Shown here: positions 41,501 through 56,742 of the stretch, one piece after another
How positions within the stretch are numbered: position 1 is the first letter of the stretch
Layout: every line of letters begins with the position of its first letter
Translations under genes and position numbers: made by a program
From: Perna viridis
Taxonomy: Eukaryota
Direction of reading: 5' to 3'
DNA length: 64,000 nt
Assembly: GCA_037379345.1 (NCBI GenBank)
Contig: CM074512.1
Span: 35,712,001 to 35,776,000 of the forward strand
Notes under the pieces: model-generated
Told to the model about the DNA's origin: nothing
The model's input: the letters and a program-made list of their open reading frames with translations, nothing else
Database searches by the model: none

Positions 41501-44500
41501 TGAGAGTAAAAGGTTGGGATGATGTTGTAAGATAAGGTTAAGGACTGGTTGATGTGGAAAGTAATTGTCAAATGTTGTAAAATTAAACTATCTGAAATAG
41601 TACAAAAGATCTGTACAATATGAGAGTGAAACTTCTTTTGCAAAAATGTAATACTTTGGGAATACTCAAAACAGAACTAATTCAAACATGCTGATGTTTC
41701 AAGTCCAACAAAACCCTCACAACCCATGCATTACTTGGCACTCTATACAAAACCAGACACATTTATCCTTGAATAATAAAAAAGAAAATAAATCAAGCAT
41801 TAAAAATACACATTAGAAATCTGACTGACATGCAGAAAAACACAGAGAGATTCAACTGGATGACACAGTATAGAACCAATGCTTTATTGAACAATCAAAA
41901 CAGAGCTTTCAGCAAAACTCTCCTTCTAACCACAAACACAAAAGATAACATGCTATTTGTACTTTTATCCCAGACGCAGGATATCGGGATTGATCGAAAA
42001 ATAATGTTTAATTTTGATATAAATCTGTAGCATGCATTTACGCAGCATGAAAGTACATTTTGAAAGGAATGCTAGTCACAACTCAATAGATCCCATAACA
42101 ATAAAGAGGGCCTTCAGGTACAAGCATATGTACTCCAATTCACATGCAAAACCATAGAAAGAGTTATGAGCATTACCACAAATGAGAAGTAGAGAATTAA
42201 AATGAATCACTACGTAATTTTTGGCAACAATCAATTTTCAAACCAGACACGACTCAAATCATTTTTATCTGTTATGCTGTAATTACAATTATAGAAAGAG
42301 TTTTCGACAATCAACCATCTATTTTAGCATGGTATTCATACTATTTCATGCATTTCTGGAATCTATAGTATGCCTATACCTCTTGACAGAGTTTCAGGAA
42401 CTCTTGCATGTGAAGGTATTTTAAGCACCAGGCTGTGAGTCACTAATTTTTTTTCTTGTGCATTGTAATTACAGCTGCAGCAATCAAACAGACTTAAGAA
42501 GTATCCAATTATCATTACCTCATCATCGGTGACACGAACACAATAATCCCATCATAAAGCCATCAGCTATTGTCATAAACATAAAGGTAAGTTCACAGGA
42601 GCAATCTACCTTCATGACATCATCAACCCCTAGCGACCAGACATGATTTATTCCAGACAGTATCAAAGACCTGGATTAGTCCTGTCACCTTACAGCCAAA
42701 TGAATCACGTAACTTACAAGCTCAGTAGACAAATTCACCGATATTTCACCGATATTATAAACCGGCAAAACTTGTTGGGATGCTATTAGAAAAATTAGTT
42801 ATGTCTAGGTTTAAAAATAACCTCGTCTCGTGGAACTCAGTCATTATCTTCTCAGGAACAGTATTGGAATGAGTTCTACATATGTATGAGTAATCAAGCC
42901 TGAATTACTCAATGATGTATTGTAATTAAAGAGTTGTTAGCTTTGTGTTTTGATGTAAGCTAGTCATGAAAATGATTGATTTTTAACCTAACCTAGACAA
43001 ATACATCATAAAAACATCCTGTTTTTCAATTGTTTTGTTACTTTTTTCAAACTTTTTAGTAAAATTCAAGAATAACTTCTGGGGTTTCTAAGGGTTGAAT
43101 ATCAATGACCTGTCTTGGGGTAAAATCAGGATCCCTGAAATTGAGTTGGCCATCTCAAAGTCATTCAATTTGTCATATTAAGATGATTGACTTACTTAGC
43201 TATATGGTTTTTTGACACATGTGGCAGAACCTAAGTCAACTATCTATATGGGACCAAGCTAATACTCATGAAAATGATATGTATCAATATATAACACTGA
43301 TTATTTTTAAAAACAAAAAAAATTAATACCTGCAAATATGTTCAATTGACAGAATCCACAAAAAATAGCAACCATGAAATATAACATGATTACCGTATTT
43401 CACATGCACTTAAATTAACAAATTCTGTTAATTCATCATCAGCTTTTTAAGTTCCATTTTCTTTCATTAGTTGTTCTTTTTCATTTCGTGTTTCAAATTT
43501 TGATATCACTACATTTTCTTTGAATACTTTGAACCTCATAATTCAATGCATATACATGTGGAGAGGAAATTGCTTTCCAATAATGGATTGACCATCATAG
43601 AAAACTTAAAATTGAATAATTGTAAACATTAATATATTAATGTACTTTTTAGAAAATCCAGCAGACTTAAAAATCCTGACAATATGACTTATGTGTAACT
43701 AAATGTACTACACAAGCCAAGGACCTCTTACCATGCCCTATAGTCAAAGGTCATTCCCTAACGAATTTATGGCAAATTCCTTTTCAATAAGTAAAATTTT
43801 ATAGCTAATACATGAGAACGGTATTAAATTTTCCTTGCCATTCAACCTTCTGACCCTTATCCTAGGTAAAGACATTATTATTTCATTATGTCTCCTTAAC
43901 TGAAGCATTTGATATAGATCAAAATTTGCAATCATGAAATTTGTAAAGGAGAGGAGATTGTCACATGGTCTGTTACCCTTACATCTTTTTATATTCAGAA
44001 GTCATACATTGATTCATTGTAAGACCAAAGGTTTATATCAGCTGGTAAAAAATTAAAATATGTTGCAGAGCAGGATACAAAGATCATCATCTATTCTCTG
44101 TCAATACATAACAACAATTTTCACAAATCTGGAAGAGTTGTTCCTCAATCCTTCAATTACAAGTCATCTGATTACTAGAACTTTCTGCTAAGGTAGGATT
44201 TGAAGAAAATTTGAAAAATTGGACCTGGATTAAATCCTTCAACATGCTGCTGAAGGTCTACTGTAGCTACCATTTACTGTCAATATTGTAGTTTCTAAAG
44301 AATATCATCAAACTGAACAATGTTTAAGTAGCAACACATTCAGTTAAATATACTAAACATTTTACAAAACTGATTATTTTGATGCAGGTTATGTTGGTGG
44401 ATATCTAGAGACATACAAAGCTGACCATTAAATCAATTCTTCTCATATTTAAATAGAACCAACACCAAACCAAGAAGAAGAGAATTTTTTTTACAGACTA

Positions 44501-46222
44501 CCAACAGCATACAGTGCTACTAACACAAATACAAGTATAATTAACTAACAGCAAAGTAAGCAGAAATATTCAGTTGCTAGTGTGCTAAACAGAGACTGCC
44601 CAAACATAAAAAAAAGGTAACCAGTTTATCAATAATTGATTGCATGAAGACAGAACAGTGCACTTTGGCCAAGTACTGGTCACTGTCCTATACAGGAATC
44701 CAGTGGCCAGTCAGTCACTGGCAAACTGTAAAATTCAGGACATGAGAGTGGCATGGACAGGTATATGAAAATGTAAAACATGAGCAACAGACTTGCTTGT
44801 GATAGTTTAATTTCAAATGATACTTGCTGATATATCAAACAATGAGAAAGGGATCATTAAGAATACGAATATAAACATTTTAAGTTGAATCACATTTTTT
44901 TTTTAATGAAACCAAATCTTATTGTACAAATGATGTACATGGTTTAGCAAAAGTCAAATACCCAATACCATATCAATATCATGTACCACAACATAACATG
45001 TTTTACAATATGCCTGTCATAGGAGGAATGAGAATAAGTTCCAAAAGAATAAATCCATCTTTCATAACATGTTTGACAGGAAAATCTATTACTGTCAAGT
45101 TCCATCACATCATTTTCAAGGTTTTTGACTATGTACAGAATAAGCAAGTACAGATGAGTGAAAAATGTACTTTAAGTAAATAAAAGAGTTTCCCTTGCAA
45201 CTAAGAAATAAACTTAAGTTTGTGTAGTGATACTTGTTATTGGTTCTTCCTTAAATATTCTAGATACTTTACCATCTTGAAAATCAGTTCAAGACTGGCA
45301 AATAAATATTTGAAATACCAGATCCATTTTTACACCTTTTAAAATTTATATATCATCTCATGATTCTTCCAAAATACTTTTTGAGTAGCTTACAAAGGAA
45401 AAGTGACAAAATCTAAGTATTATGTTGACAAATGATGATACTGTCACCTAAATGTAAATGTAATTGTCATTCTAGTCCCAGGTGGCAAAATATTTCTCAT
45501 TTGAAAGATAAACCTTTTCAAAGTAATGATGTATTTTTTATTTTTCTTTACTCTACTATTGAATCTGAGTAGGGCAAGAATGGATTTCATATGAATAAAA
45601 CCTTGAAGTTTTTATCAAAATCTCACACAATGGCTGCCTGTCAAAACAATAGATCTAGAGTGGTAACACAATAACCTCCTCACATGTTACCCACAAACCA
45701 TGGTTTAATGAAAATGAATTACAAACAAGCCCAGCATTCTGTTTTATAGAAAAAAAACATGAACTCCTTATAATTTTTACAAAATTTGAGTCATTTTCCG
45801 ATTAGTTTAAATAGATTAGTTTAAATCAATTGCACAAAAGCATTAATTATGGTTTGGTAACAATTAGAGTTATTGTATTCATCATATTCCTGGCTATTTT
45901 CTGACAAGTTCAATTAACTGCTACAAAGGCTTTCATTAAACTACAATAAATTGTGTATTAACTGTATCAAGAGAGGTTTTCTAACTACTGAAGACCATTA
46001 CTTCACAATTACAAACTTTCTGTTCTGTATTCATGATCTCAAATTCAAAATACAGATCCAACACCGGGTAAAACTTATCATTTTTAAATGATGCATGTTA
46101 ATGTTCTATAAAATGAAAGATAATTTTTGGAAAAGTGAAAGATGTTGCCCAAAAGATTCCATACCAAAAAACTTAACTTCCATTTAACAAGTTGTTTCAG
46201 AAATTCACATTTTCAAGGAAGA

Positions 46223-46729
46223 TTTGTTTGTTTGTTGGGGTTTAACGTCCGAGCAGCGATATTTCAGCTATATTCAGACAATAAACATGAAATGGATGAT
46301 ATAATGAACATGAAATGAAAAAAAAAGGATGGGTCACAAGGATAATAGGGTCGACAAATTTTTATTGCCACTGGAAAAAGGGGGGATGGGTAAGATAGGG
46401 CAATTTAGCCTCCTGTGGCGGAGCGCAAAGGTTCCTACTCCTATCGAATACCACAGCAGGGTTCTTTAATGTGCGAGGAACGTGGCATCTTTCCCATCAC
46501 GGTGCACCACTATGGTTTGCGGTCAGGTTTTCCGTATTATAGCCTGACAACCCCAGCATGTAACACGCCAGGGGTACCCCATTCCACCATCTGGGGCACA
46601 CATCCCAGTTGCTCTGTGGGCAGAGCGCCTAGCCCCCGGCTAGGTTTCTGAGCACTATTCAGTTGCCTTATACCACAAGCTTAGCGCTGCTGCAGGTCTA
46701 TTCTTTTATCACCCGGACCTGCACGGGGG
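46223..46729 (-). mobile_element. Full-length SINE-like retroposon, copy A (Meta-domain-like core, (AAAC)n tail)
   Basis: 11-bp TSD TTCAAGGAAGA at 46212-46222 and 46730-46740, and a (TTTG)n tail on the plus strand. It is the reverse complement of 59263-59777 over its full length. Confidence 0.92.
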
Positions 46730-47135
46730 TTCAAGGAAGAAGTGCATGACATTGCATAAATGTATCCAGGACATTGTATTGTAAATCTCATGTTCATGAA
46801 AACTACGAAAATATGACACATCTTTTTCACCTCTAAAAGCTAGCTTAATCATCAAGGTTTAAAATTTCTGTTAATTCTCTTTAATTCAGTTTTTAAATTC
46901 AAATATTCCATTTCCTAAACCCAAACTAACATAAATAAGGATTATAACATAAGAACTGTCTTCATTTCGGCAAAATATGGTTTTCTATGCCACTTGAGAA
47001 TACATGAAGTTGTCTCAATTTTCATTTATAGTTTTAAAAAAAATTACTGCGTAACTCTTAAGATTTTATAAGCAGCCTTAATTTTGTTCATGTTTTAGGG
47101 CATGCCTCTGGTAATTACACCATCCCATGTATTAG

Positions 47136-47407
47136 AGAGTAATCAAGGGAACCAAGGTTACAGCGGTTATCAAAAGAATGTAATCCAGGGACAAAGACCA
47201 GACATGGAAAACAGACATTCACAACAAAGAACATAAAGTAACTAAAATCATACATACAAAGTAACAAAAGTAAATGAGCAACTCGGACTCCACTAAAAAC
47301 TGGGAGCATGGACCAGGTGCACCGGTAGGGTAAGCGTCCCCTGCTTTTCTAGAAACATCCGCCAAGTTGTTCATAAAAAGTCAAGTCCGGGGTAGACAAA
47401 CGAGGAA
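47136..47407 (-). mobile_element. 3'UTR fragment of the same Penelope-like element
   Basis: Reverse complement aligns to ~14935-15204 and shares the 3' terminus CCCTTGATTACTC. Confidence 0.92.
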
Positions 47408-48634
47408 CAAAGCCATTATCTAAGGATAATTTGTGTCACTGCAGTAATCAATAGTAAAATCAGAACAGATGCAAAAATGTTAGTAATGGATGAGGAACTA
47501 TCTTTTTTACTAGTCTAGATGTAATTAGGAGCCTAGAAATAAATCTTCTGCAAGTATTATGCTGTCTGAGTAAGGGGAGGTAATTATTTTTTATGGCCTT
47601 ATTTTTCAGAAACTACATACTTAAGGGCAAAATTACAAAGAATGTCAAATATTTCCGATATATGTATATTGTAGTGTGGGCAAACATTATGAAAGGGAAA
47701 CTAATTTTTTTTACACAGAAACAATATTTTTGAATGTGCAATTTTTGTTATTTCATGTGTCTAGTTGTTATCCTTGGATTATATTCTAATGATTACTGTT
47801 CAAATCCAGGTTCCCTTGATTTTCCTTGTACAGAGCTCAACAACAATTCCCAAAATGCATACATCTTAAAACAATTCCATACATCTTAAAATTATGTCTA
47901 TTCTATAAAACATATGGTCTTTGTAGACTCAAAATTTTGAGGAAAAAAAAAAGTTTTATCCATTTCATTGAAACTTTGGCTAAAAGAAAAAAGAAAACAG
48001 AAAATTGGGTATCACGAGAGTATTACTATTACAATGTCACACAAAGGATCTCTTAGATTTCACTTACAGATACAGACAATATTCACAATGGGCATTTTTT
48101 CATTCACTCAGTTATAAATAGTTTATCTATAAAGAAATCTTTGTGTGCGCCATTATCCGGGGAAAAAAACAAAACAGGATGTACATGTACAAAGCTGACC
48201 GATTTACATAACTTGAACATATTGCACTTTTCAATTTGATGACAGATGAAATTCAAATCTGTAGACCTTTTTCTTTGGATGCATAAAAAGATCCAGAGGA
48301 TGATAGGCATAATGTCACTTAATACACACAAGAGGTCATTCAAACCATAAAAAAATAGCAATATCAGCTTTTATTATCATTCTTTAATATATACATATTC
48401 TGAACTAGCTTCCAGTAAATGTGTCTAAATGCTTTATGTTACGGTATTCTATGGAGAGAATTAGATGTATTATATAAATTTTATGGTGTTTCTGTTAGGT
48501 TTTTCTGTTAATTTTTGACCTTACAATAAAGGGGGATTGTTAAGGCCTTATAAAACTAGTTTAACCCCACTGCAGATTCCATGCACCTGTCCACTGGTCA
48601 TTAATGTGTAATTGTGTTGTTAAATTACTTTTTA

Positions 48635-48995
48635 CAGTACTTGAAAAGATCCACGCAACAATTTGACGGATTTATGACCCTTGACTGATTGATCGCTGAC
48701 GGATCGATGACCGGTGATCGCAGTTTTGTCATGTAAAATGACATAAGATGTGTTTGAAATAAAATAAATGTAAAATAAAAGTATAAATTGATGTTTAAAT
48801 CTATTGCATTATGTAAATAAGTGTAAAATTGACAAAGAAAACAATAAAAAACGTAAAATACAGTGACCGCTCCGTGGTCACGTGATGCTATCACCAATTT
48901 AATGGATTGCTTTGGCAGATTGATGACTGACCAGAAACTGATTGGTGATCGATGACCGATCACAATTTTTGTTGCATGGATCGGTTCAGGTACTG
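48635..48995. mobile_element. Tc1/mariner-pogo-type MITE with TA TSD
   Basis: TA|CAGTACTTGAAAAGATCCACGCAACAA ... TTGTTGCATGGATCGGTTCAGGTACTG|TA, with subterminal GATCGATGACCG motifs near both ends. Confidence 0.88.
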
Positions 48996-51900
48996 TAGTT
49001 TGATTTGAAGTATTGTCATCGTTCAGTTTCTGTGGATTTTATAACTTTGTAGTCGGGACCTTCCAGAGCTTACTTAAATGTGTGTTTATACTTATTGAAG
49101 ACCTTTTGGTGATCTCTGAAAGTATTAACTATTTTATATCTATTTTTTATATCTATTTTATAAGTTAGTGCATTTGTTATGTTTCACCATAAACATATCC
49201 ATTTTTTTCTAATATTTCTGACAAAACATCTATAAAAGATATTCAAGCATTTGTGAATCTTTTAAAATTGCAAAATATTTATCTAAACCTAGCACATATT
49301 TCTAAGCTGGCACTATGAACTTTTTCAAAAACTAACCTGCAAAAACTCAAGAAAGATGAAGAAAGTTCTGATGAGTAAATTGGCACTATAAGACAGGAAA
49401 AACTAAGGTAAGCAAGAGAGAAGTGAGTATTTATTATTCAGCTTACTTTCCCTGGTTCTATTAGGTTTGTAATCCTCCAATCAAGTTCTAATTAAGCCAG
49501 CTATTTCAACCCTGCCTAAACATAATGCTTTTAATTTGTTCCTTGTGTAAGATATGTATCTACCAAATGTCCATTAAGAACATATGTTTTTGATCTTTAT
49601 CAATGGTAAGAGAAGGTATGGAAAGATTGTGAATAAACTCCTACTCATCCTTGGAAAAAAAGTCGGGTCAAATCAACATTGAGGTGTGGCTTAATGTAGG
49701 ACAATTTAAAAGATCAAATTTTTGGGCGAATTCCTTTTTTCTCTTAGTGATAAATATTTCCAGAATTTTTCTTTTCTAAAAAAAAATACAGTCTATCCAG
49801 TAAAAATATCATTAAGAATGACCTTTTAAATGCTGTTCACTATTTTTGACCCACTAATTAAGAAATACAGGTTCAAACTTAAATTAACATTCATTACATA
49901 CAGTTAAGAACCAAATTAAGGTCAATTTTCACTACTGTGTTCCCAATAAGAGTTTCCATTAATGTCAAACATTTAAAATTATGTTAGACAGAGCTGATTA
50001 CAACCATAAGCACAATAATCTTTATCATAGTATAGTAAATCATTAAAAAAATAAAAACACAAAATTGTCCAACTACAAAATCCTCCAAATATAGAACCTT
50101 ATTAATTTAGAAAATAAGTCAACTGGGAGCTACTTCCCATCTACTATCATTGACTTACCCCTATGGCAAAACTAAACCACATTTTCATCCAATGAAATGT
50201 ACCATTTACCCCTTCCCATCAATAAAGAGAATTTGATTAACATTAAGTAATCTTTTTTTTTTTTTTAAGAATAAAAGCAATTAACCAAGTTTAACTTGGC
50301 CATGATCGTAATGTTTCAAGGGTCTGCCTGAGTACAGTTTCAAAATAGCCTTAGAAATAAGAGTCCAAAATCTTTATCCATCTAATAGGCAAAGTTTCAA
50401 AGTATAAAAAAAAAATTAAAAATGACTACAACAAAGATAGACCATATCAGTAATTAGAAAAGCCTTTACAACTTTTATTATTCATGTGACTTGTGTAGGA
50501 GAATAGAGGGCACTAGAATTTATTTATAGTAACAAAAAAATTACAATGACCTTAGCCTTGACACAGAGACTAAACACAAAATGAACAAAATGTTGTGTAA
50601 TCTCAATTCATTTTAAATAGCTGTCTTTGTAAGAATCATGCAAAATCTGAAAAATGTGATACACCCCAAAAAAGGCTACATACTTTTATTTTTGTAATTA
50701 AGTTGTTTTATGGGTCTATATTATGAAATGTGTAATTATTCATTCAAATCTGCCTGCTCTTAGGAGATAATCAACATTGAAAATCCAGTAGATTCTATAG
50801 TATTTGAGCGTCATTTACAGAGTTATCTCCCTTAATTTTGAAATCTATAGTGCAGTCTATACAATGTGTATCTCCTAAGAGAACAGGTTATATAAAAAAC
50901 CAAATGTTACTTTCTGTTTACTATGACATTTCAAACAAAATATCAAAAATAAAAATATGTAGGCTTTTAACCCATGAATCACATTTTGCATGATCCTTAG
51001 CTGGAGTGCTACTTAATTACTTTAAACATATCTCAGTAAATGTGAATTTAAGATATTCTGATCATATGAGACAAAACCTAATAAATGCCATTGTTTCATC
51101 ATTTAGTTTTCAGATGCAATATTGTTATCAGTGTATTAAAGGAAAATGTCAACTCTGAATTCACATATATTAAACCAATCTAAATTCTAAATGTCTAAAT
51201 TCTAATTAAAGTTTAATTTAGGTGCATTCTACTTGGCCAACAGAAAAATGTCTAATTATAGACAATTTTAATTGCATTTAAATATTGATTTATGCAACAG
51301 CTGCTTTTCACATTAAAATTTCACTTACCTACCTTGAAATTTACAGAAAATTTTAAAAATCGATATTAGAATATCAGTTAGCAACTCTAAATGAGGATGT
51401 ACTTCCTTTTACAGGAAATTTGGTATCAGTATACAAAACAGGTTTCCTGTAGATTGGCAACCTAAATGGCTTCACTTGTGTCAAAATTTTCATTTCAATA
51501 TTTAAACAAGTACTGATAACATATAAAAAAAACTATCTCAAGGTTGAAATTGAAACTTTGTAATGAAATTTAATATTATAGACAGGTGAATCTAGACAAC
51601 TGAAATAATAAGCAGAGGATAAAAAATATGTCATATAAAAAAAATTGAAACTTCCTTAAATGGATAAAATCAGTACAAAAAATCAGATCAGTATCATATC
51701 TAAATTTCCTTCATATTAAAGAGTTCCATTAGACATTATCAAAAGAAGGCTAGATCCCAGGGCTGGAGACATTCATAGCCCAGATCAGTCTGAGATAAAT
51801 AATATAAACAATAGAAAGAGAGAAAAAGTTCTATTAAAACTATTTTTTTTTTATTGACCTTACTATTTCAGATAGATAAATTCTCACTATCTCATGCTCA

Positions 51901-52768
51901 ACAGTTAAAACATCTGCTAAAGCATAAATCCTTCACCTTGACCTTTGACCTATCACCATAATTGTGGGTGTCATTATAAAATCAGATAAGGAGATCTACT
52001 TTATTGGGCGTCTTCTTTCAACCCACTGTCCAAAAAGAGTAATCATCAAAATACAGCACATTTAAGTATTCTTGTCAGTTGGACTTTCAGGAAGCTATGA
52101 CCTAATTGTGTCAACTGAATGCAAACTATGAACCTGAACAATAATGAGTTACACAGGTAAAGAAAGGAAATATCATTTCAAAGGGCATTCGTTTAGACAG
52201 TTTTTGAATAGCCTACCCCACATTTTTATTTCTCTATGCATTTTAAAAATTGATTTTTCAATGGTCTATCAATTTTCAACTGAAAATGGCGACAGAAAAA
52301 AGGATGCTCATGTGATTTAAATCTCTAGTACTATTTAATCAAAATTTTATAGATTTCATAATGGCATAATTTTGTATAACATTTGAATATATCTTCATAA
52401 ACATGGCTATGTCAAAGCTTGAAGGCAATATGAACTGAATCTAAACAAGTTAGCAAAACTCTACGGATCTGTGTGAAGAACAGTGAGAGACACAATCAGC
52501 CCATATTCCTTTCTCAATAGTAAACATTGCAGAAATATGTACATCTTATAAAATATTAATACTGAGATTCATATTTGTCAAATAGTAAAATATTGTTTAA
52601 AAAAAATTCATAAATGAGATTCCTAAACTTTGTGAATTTAAGTTAACAGTGCTTGCCTGAATAAAATTTTACTTCAATTCAGCAGAATAGAGGAAAAAAT
52701 CCCAGCATGGTCAATCAAGGGCTTCCCAAAATTCTTAATGTTTATGTTTTTGTGGTTTTACTCTAACA

Positions 52769-52954
52769 GTGCACCTGGTCCATGCTCCTAGTTTTTAGTG
52801 GAGTCCTAGTTGCTGATTTGCTTTTGCTACTTTGTATGTTTGATTTTAGTTACTTTATGTTCTTTGTTGTGTATGTCTGTTTTCCATGTCTGTCATTGTC
52901 CCTGGATTACATTCTTTTGATTTCCGCTAGAATCTTTGCTCCCTTGATTACTCT
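52769..52954 (+). mobile_element. Shorter 3' fragment of the same Penelope-like element
   Basis: GTGCACCTGGTCCATGCTCC...CCCTTGATTACTCT aligns to ~15020-15204. Confidence 0.92.
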
Positions 52955-55900
52955 TACATCAAAATAATAACTATCAAAATAACCTCTAGCAAAACTATTT
53001 CCACTTTAAAAAATAAAAACAACAACATTAAATTGTAAATTTTAACCATATATCCTTTGAAGTTGCAAAATAAAAACCTGAAACAAACACTTTTAAGGAA
53101 AAACTACATAAATCTCAATATCATCACATTGTTTACTTTTTAATGAGGGTGTTGTATATTTAATGTCATTTGAAATGAATAGCGTGGGTAGAAAAGTTTG
53201 TCATAAACGGCAGCTACTTACAACCACTTGTGACATTTATAATTCATATTTCATAATATGGAAATTATCCTATAATTTTACTGCACCAAAAATTTTTTTA
53301 AAAACATTAAAATGATGCCTACCAAAATTTAACGAGGATCACCCATTATGTATAGAGGTATAGAGTTTGATAAAATTGATATGCAGACAATGTTTTCATT
53401 TTATAGAAAATATATCTATAAAATTTGTTCTTCACTCTGTCATGCTAGTTTTTCTCTCAGTAAAATTACCATCTACCTGGGAACAAATAATTCAGCTATG
53501 TTTTTTTACTTTTCCACAAAAAAAGAACTTTGCAGGGAACAACATTTGTTATAGTGGTTTTTTTCCCCATTACTTGGAGATTAGTAAACAGGTACAGAAA
53601 CCTTGTACTGAAAATCGTAAGTAAGTCTATGCACTTAGACCTTGATTACAGGTATACATTTAGCTTAGAATAGCTTGAGTAAGTGCTGAAAAAAACATAC
53701 GTCAAAGACAAGATGCCATTGTGGCAGCAAATACCAAACAATTTGTAGAATACTTTTACATACTTGGTCAGGTAACTTGATTCAATTTTAGAACCCTCAT
53801 TCAAAACATTAACTTTATTCTAAATAATCTGAAATTTTTTACTACTTCCACCCCCTTTGATTTATCAACAGCATGCTGATAGAATTCTAACAAGTACTAT
53901 CTTTAAAAAAAAACCAAAAGTAGCCGAACAGTTAATTTGTTCTTTTTACTTATAATTTTCTGCATTACATTCAGGATATACCACATGGCATGCAATTTCA
54001 ATTTCAGATAGAGTTTTGTCGAACCCCACTAATTTACCAGCCAATCAGGAAACAGAATTTCGACCTAGTGACTTGCGTTTCCATGGAAGAGCGTCTTAAA
54101 GGTCAAAGGGTAAAAAGTGAAACTATAACGACTGCGTCAGAAAATATCTCAGGAATAAAGCATATCAACATGAAGCTGTTACAACATCAACAGTCCTTGT
54201 AACATCTTAATCTTTAAATCAAATGTATGGTCACATCTCAGCATTTACCTGGACTGGCAAAGGACAAATGTACCATGATAAAGCTGGCCATGATCATGAA
54301 GAGAGTGCAACACACTGTTGCTTTAGTTCAGACATGTAAGGTCAAATCATCAATTCAAGATGAATTACTTAGGGGCTAAACAAAGATCTCTAAGTCACAA
54401 GACTATGACCAGGGATGAGAAATAAAGAACAACAGTAAAACAAATGTAAATAAGTAAATAAGTAAATAAAATGAAAATCTAAATGGTGAAATCCAGTCTT
54501 GTAACAGCAGGAATTTACAGAAACATCACATCCCTACATAAAGGAGCCAAAAATAATATTATTTTGCTACAATTAGTGCAGAAAATAGTTGAAAAGAATT
54601 TCAAAGATCTATTCACTTCAACCCAAAGATGGAAAGAGCTTGTTTTATTATACCACAAATACTTTTTCTGTCTATGTATGCATGCGACCTTTCCCAATTT
54701 TGGAACCCTATTAGATTAAGCAGTTGTAGTAGCAGATGATGTTCCAATTAAAAAATTATACCATCTATTCAGAAACAATATAAACCAACTGTATACAGCT
54801 TTTACTCAATCATACAGTCAGGCTAATGACCTGAAAGATAGTCCCTTCAATAAAAAAATGTCAAAAATTTATTCTAGTCATGTTTTTCTCTGTATTTGAT
54901 TGAAAAGGACACGAATCAAAGCAGCCATCTGTTGTCACATGTATACAAGTTTAAATTCATACTGTCAAGATATTTTCCGCTTTTGTAGGTACTTTTAAAC
55001 AAATTTTCTTTACATTGTATGCCTAAAGAGGTCTCAATAACATTTAGAATGCAAGATTTTAAAGTGCCGATTTGCATTTCAAATCCTCCTTTCCGTTAAG
55101 CATACAAAGAAATGCAAATAAGTCCCAAAGAATTCATATCACTAACTGTATATTTTAAATCATGGGTTTAGCATGACCAGACAAAGCAGGGACAAAATGA
55201 TGGATCATATAATCAACCTGAACTTGCCTTTACTTATTCAGTTCCTTTGTGTGTGTTTTCCTGCAATGCCTAACTCATTAAAGTGATTGAAAATGTTTTT
55301 GGAATAGAAATCAATCAAAACTAACTACTTGAATAGGCCTTGGTTTATGAAGGCCATACTACCACATAACACTTGTTTTAAGACAGTACAAGTCAATAAA
55401 ATGGAAACTTCAGGGACATTATCCATTAAAAACCATAAAAAAAAATACAATTCCTTCATTTAGATTTTTATATTCATTCCACCATTATACAAATTCCAAA
55501 ATCCATTCCAATATTCTAGCCCATGTACTACTGCTGCAAAATTGATATGTTGTCAGTCACTGTCAACATTTATTGCAATACAAAAATAATATATCTATGA
55601 AAATGCAAACATATGGCTTTTTGTTGTCTACTGCTGGTTATATTTTTTGCAGTTTTATCATCTTTATTTAAAATTTATTAGTCCCAGTTTAGTATTGCAC
55701 AAAAGCTGTCGATTGGTTTTACATTTACAATGATTTATTTGGCAACACCCAAAATATTTGTAGACTGATTCATTTTTTTTTGGTTATTACTTAAGTCATG
55801 TTCTAACCTCATCTATCAGACATAGTTCTATTATTCAAATCTTTACTTTTTTTCTGTTTTAATTGTAGAGGGATGTGGGAGCTATCTTTATTTGTTTCTT

Positions 55901-56188
55901 ATACAAAAAGAATTGTTATTATTACTATTACTTAAAACTGTAATCAAGTGATATTTTGGTGATCTCTATTTTTTCAAACAGGACAGGGTATATGAAATTA
56001 TTATATAGACAGCAGTGTTTCATCGAATGTTCCCAGTGTAATCAATTTTGATATTCACACTGTGAAATAAATTCAGTAATCTTACTCTCCCGCTAAAACA
56101 TAACAAAACGAATATTAATCTGACATTCAAAAAATTCAAAATTTGTGTCGAAAAAAGCAATAAATAATGGATGAAATCTATATAATAA

Positions 56189-56445
56189 ATAGGATCAATT
56201 GGTTATCGTGAATAACCAAAATATGTTCACATGTGCTAAGAACATATAAAGATTTAACTTTATCAAGTGCTGCACGCTCTTTAGATCTAGGTGTTCTTCA
56301 GCACTCATGAATTGTGAATAACCAAAATATGTTCACTCGTGCTAAGAACATATAAAGTTTTAACTTGTGCAAAGAACAATCTAGGCATTCTTTGGCACTC
56401 CTGATAATATTTTTGTTATTCATTCTTTCCAACTAATTATCCTAT
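56189..56445. mobile_element. Fold-back/MITE-like element with internal 106-bp duplication
   Basis: ATAGGATCAATTGG..GAATAACCAAAATAT versus ATATTTTTGTTATTC..CAACTAATTATCCTAT (inverted). GTGAATAACCAAAATATGTTCAC is repeated at 56208 and 56314. Confidence 0.6.
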
Positions 56446-56742
56446 CATTAATCATAATTGTTCATGTTTTCATCAATGGAAAACCACGAGTTCAAATTAG
56501 TGGTAATTAGAGGACAGAAACCTCCAACTGCTGTTCTAGAACCTATCAAATATTATTTAGGTCCAGGACTTCTGATTTACTTTTAGTTTATTTGGTCTGA
56601 AACTTCTGAAAAGTCCAAGACCTTCAACCTTTAAATGATAATTTGGAGGCCTGAAAAGCTAGCATATTAGGATCCTGCTAATCATAACAAGTACCGGTAT
56701 AACTAGATAAAAAAAACCATAACAAACATGCAATATATTAGG

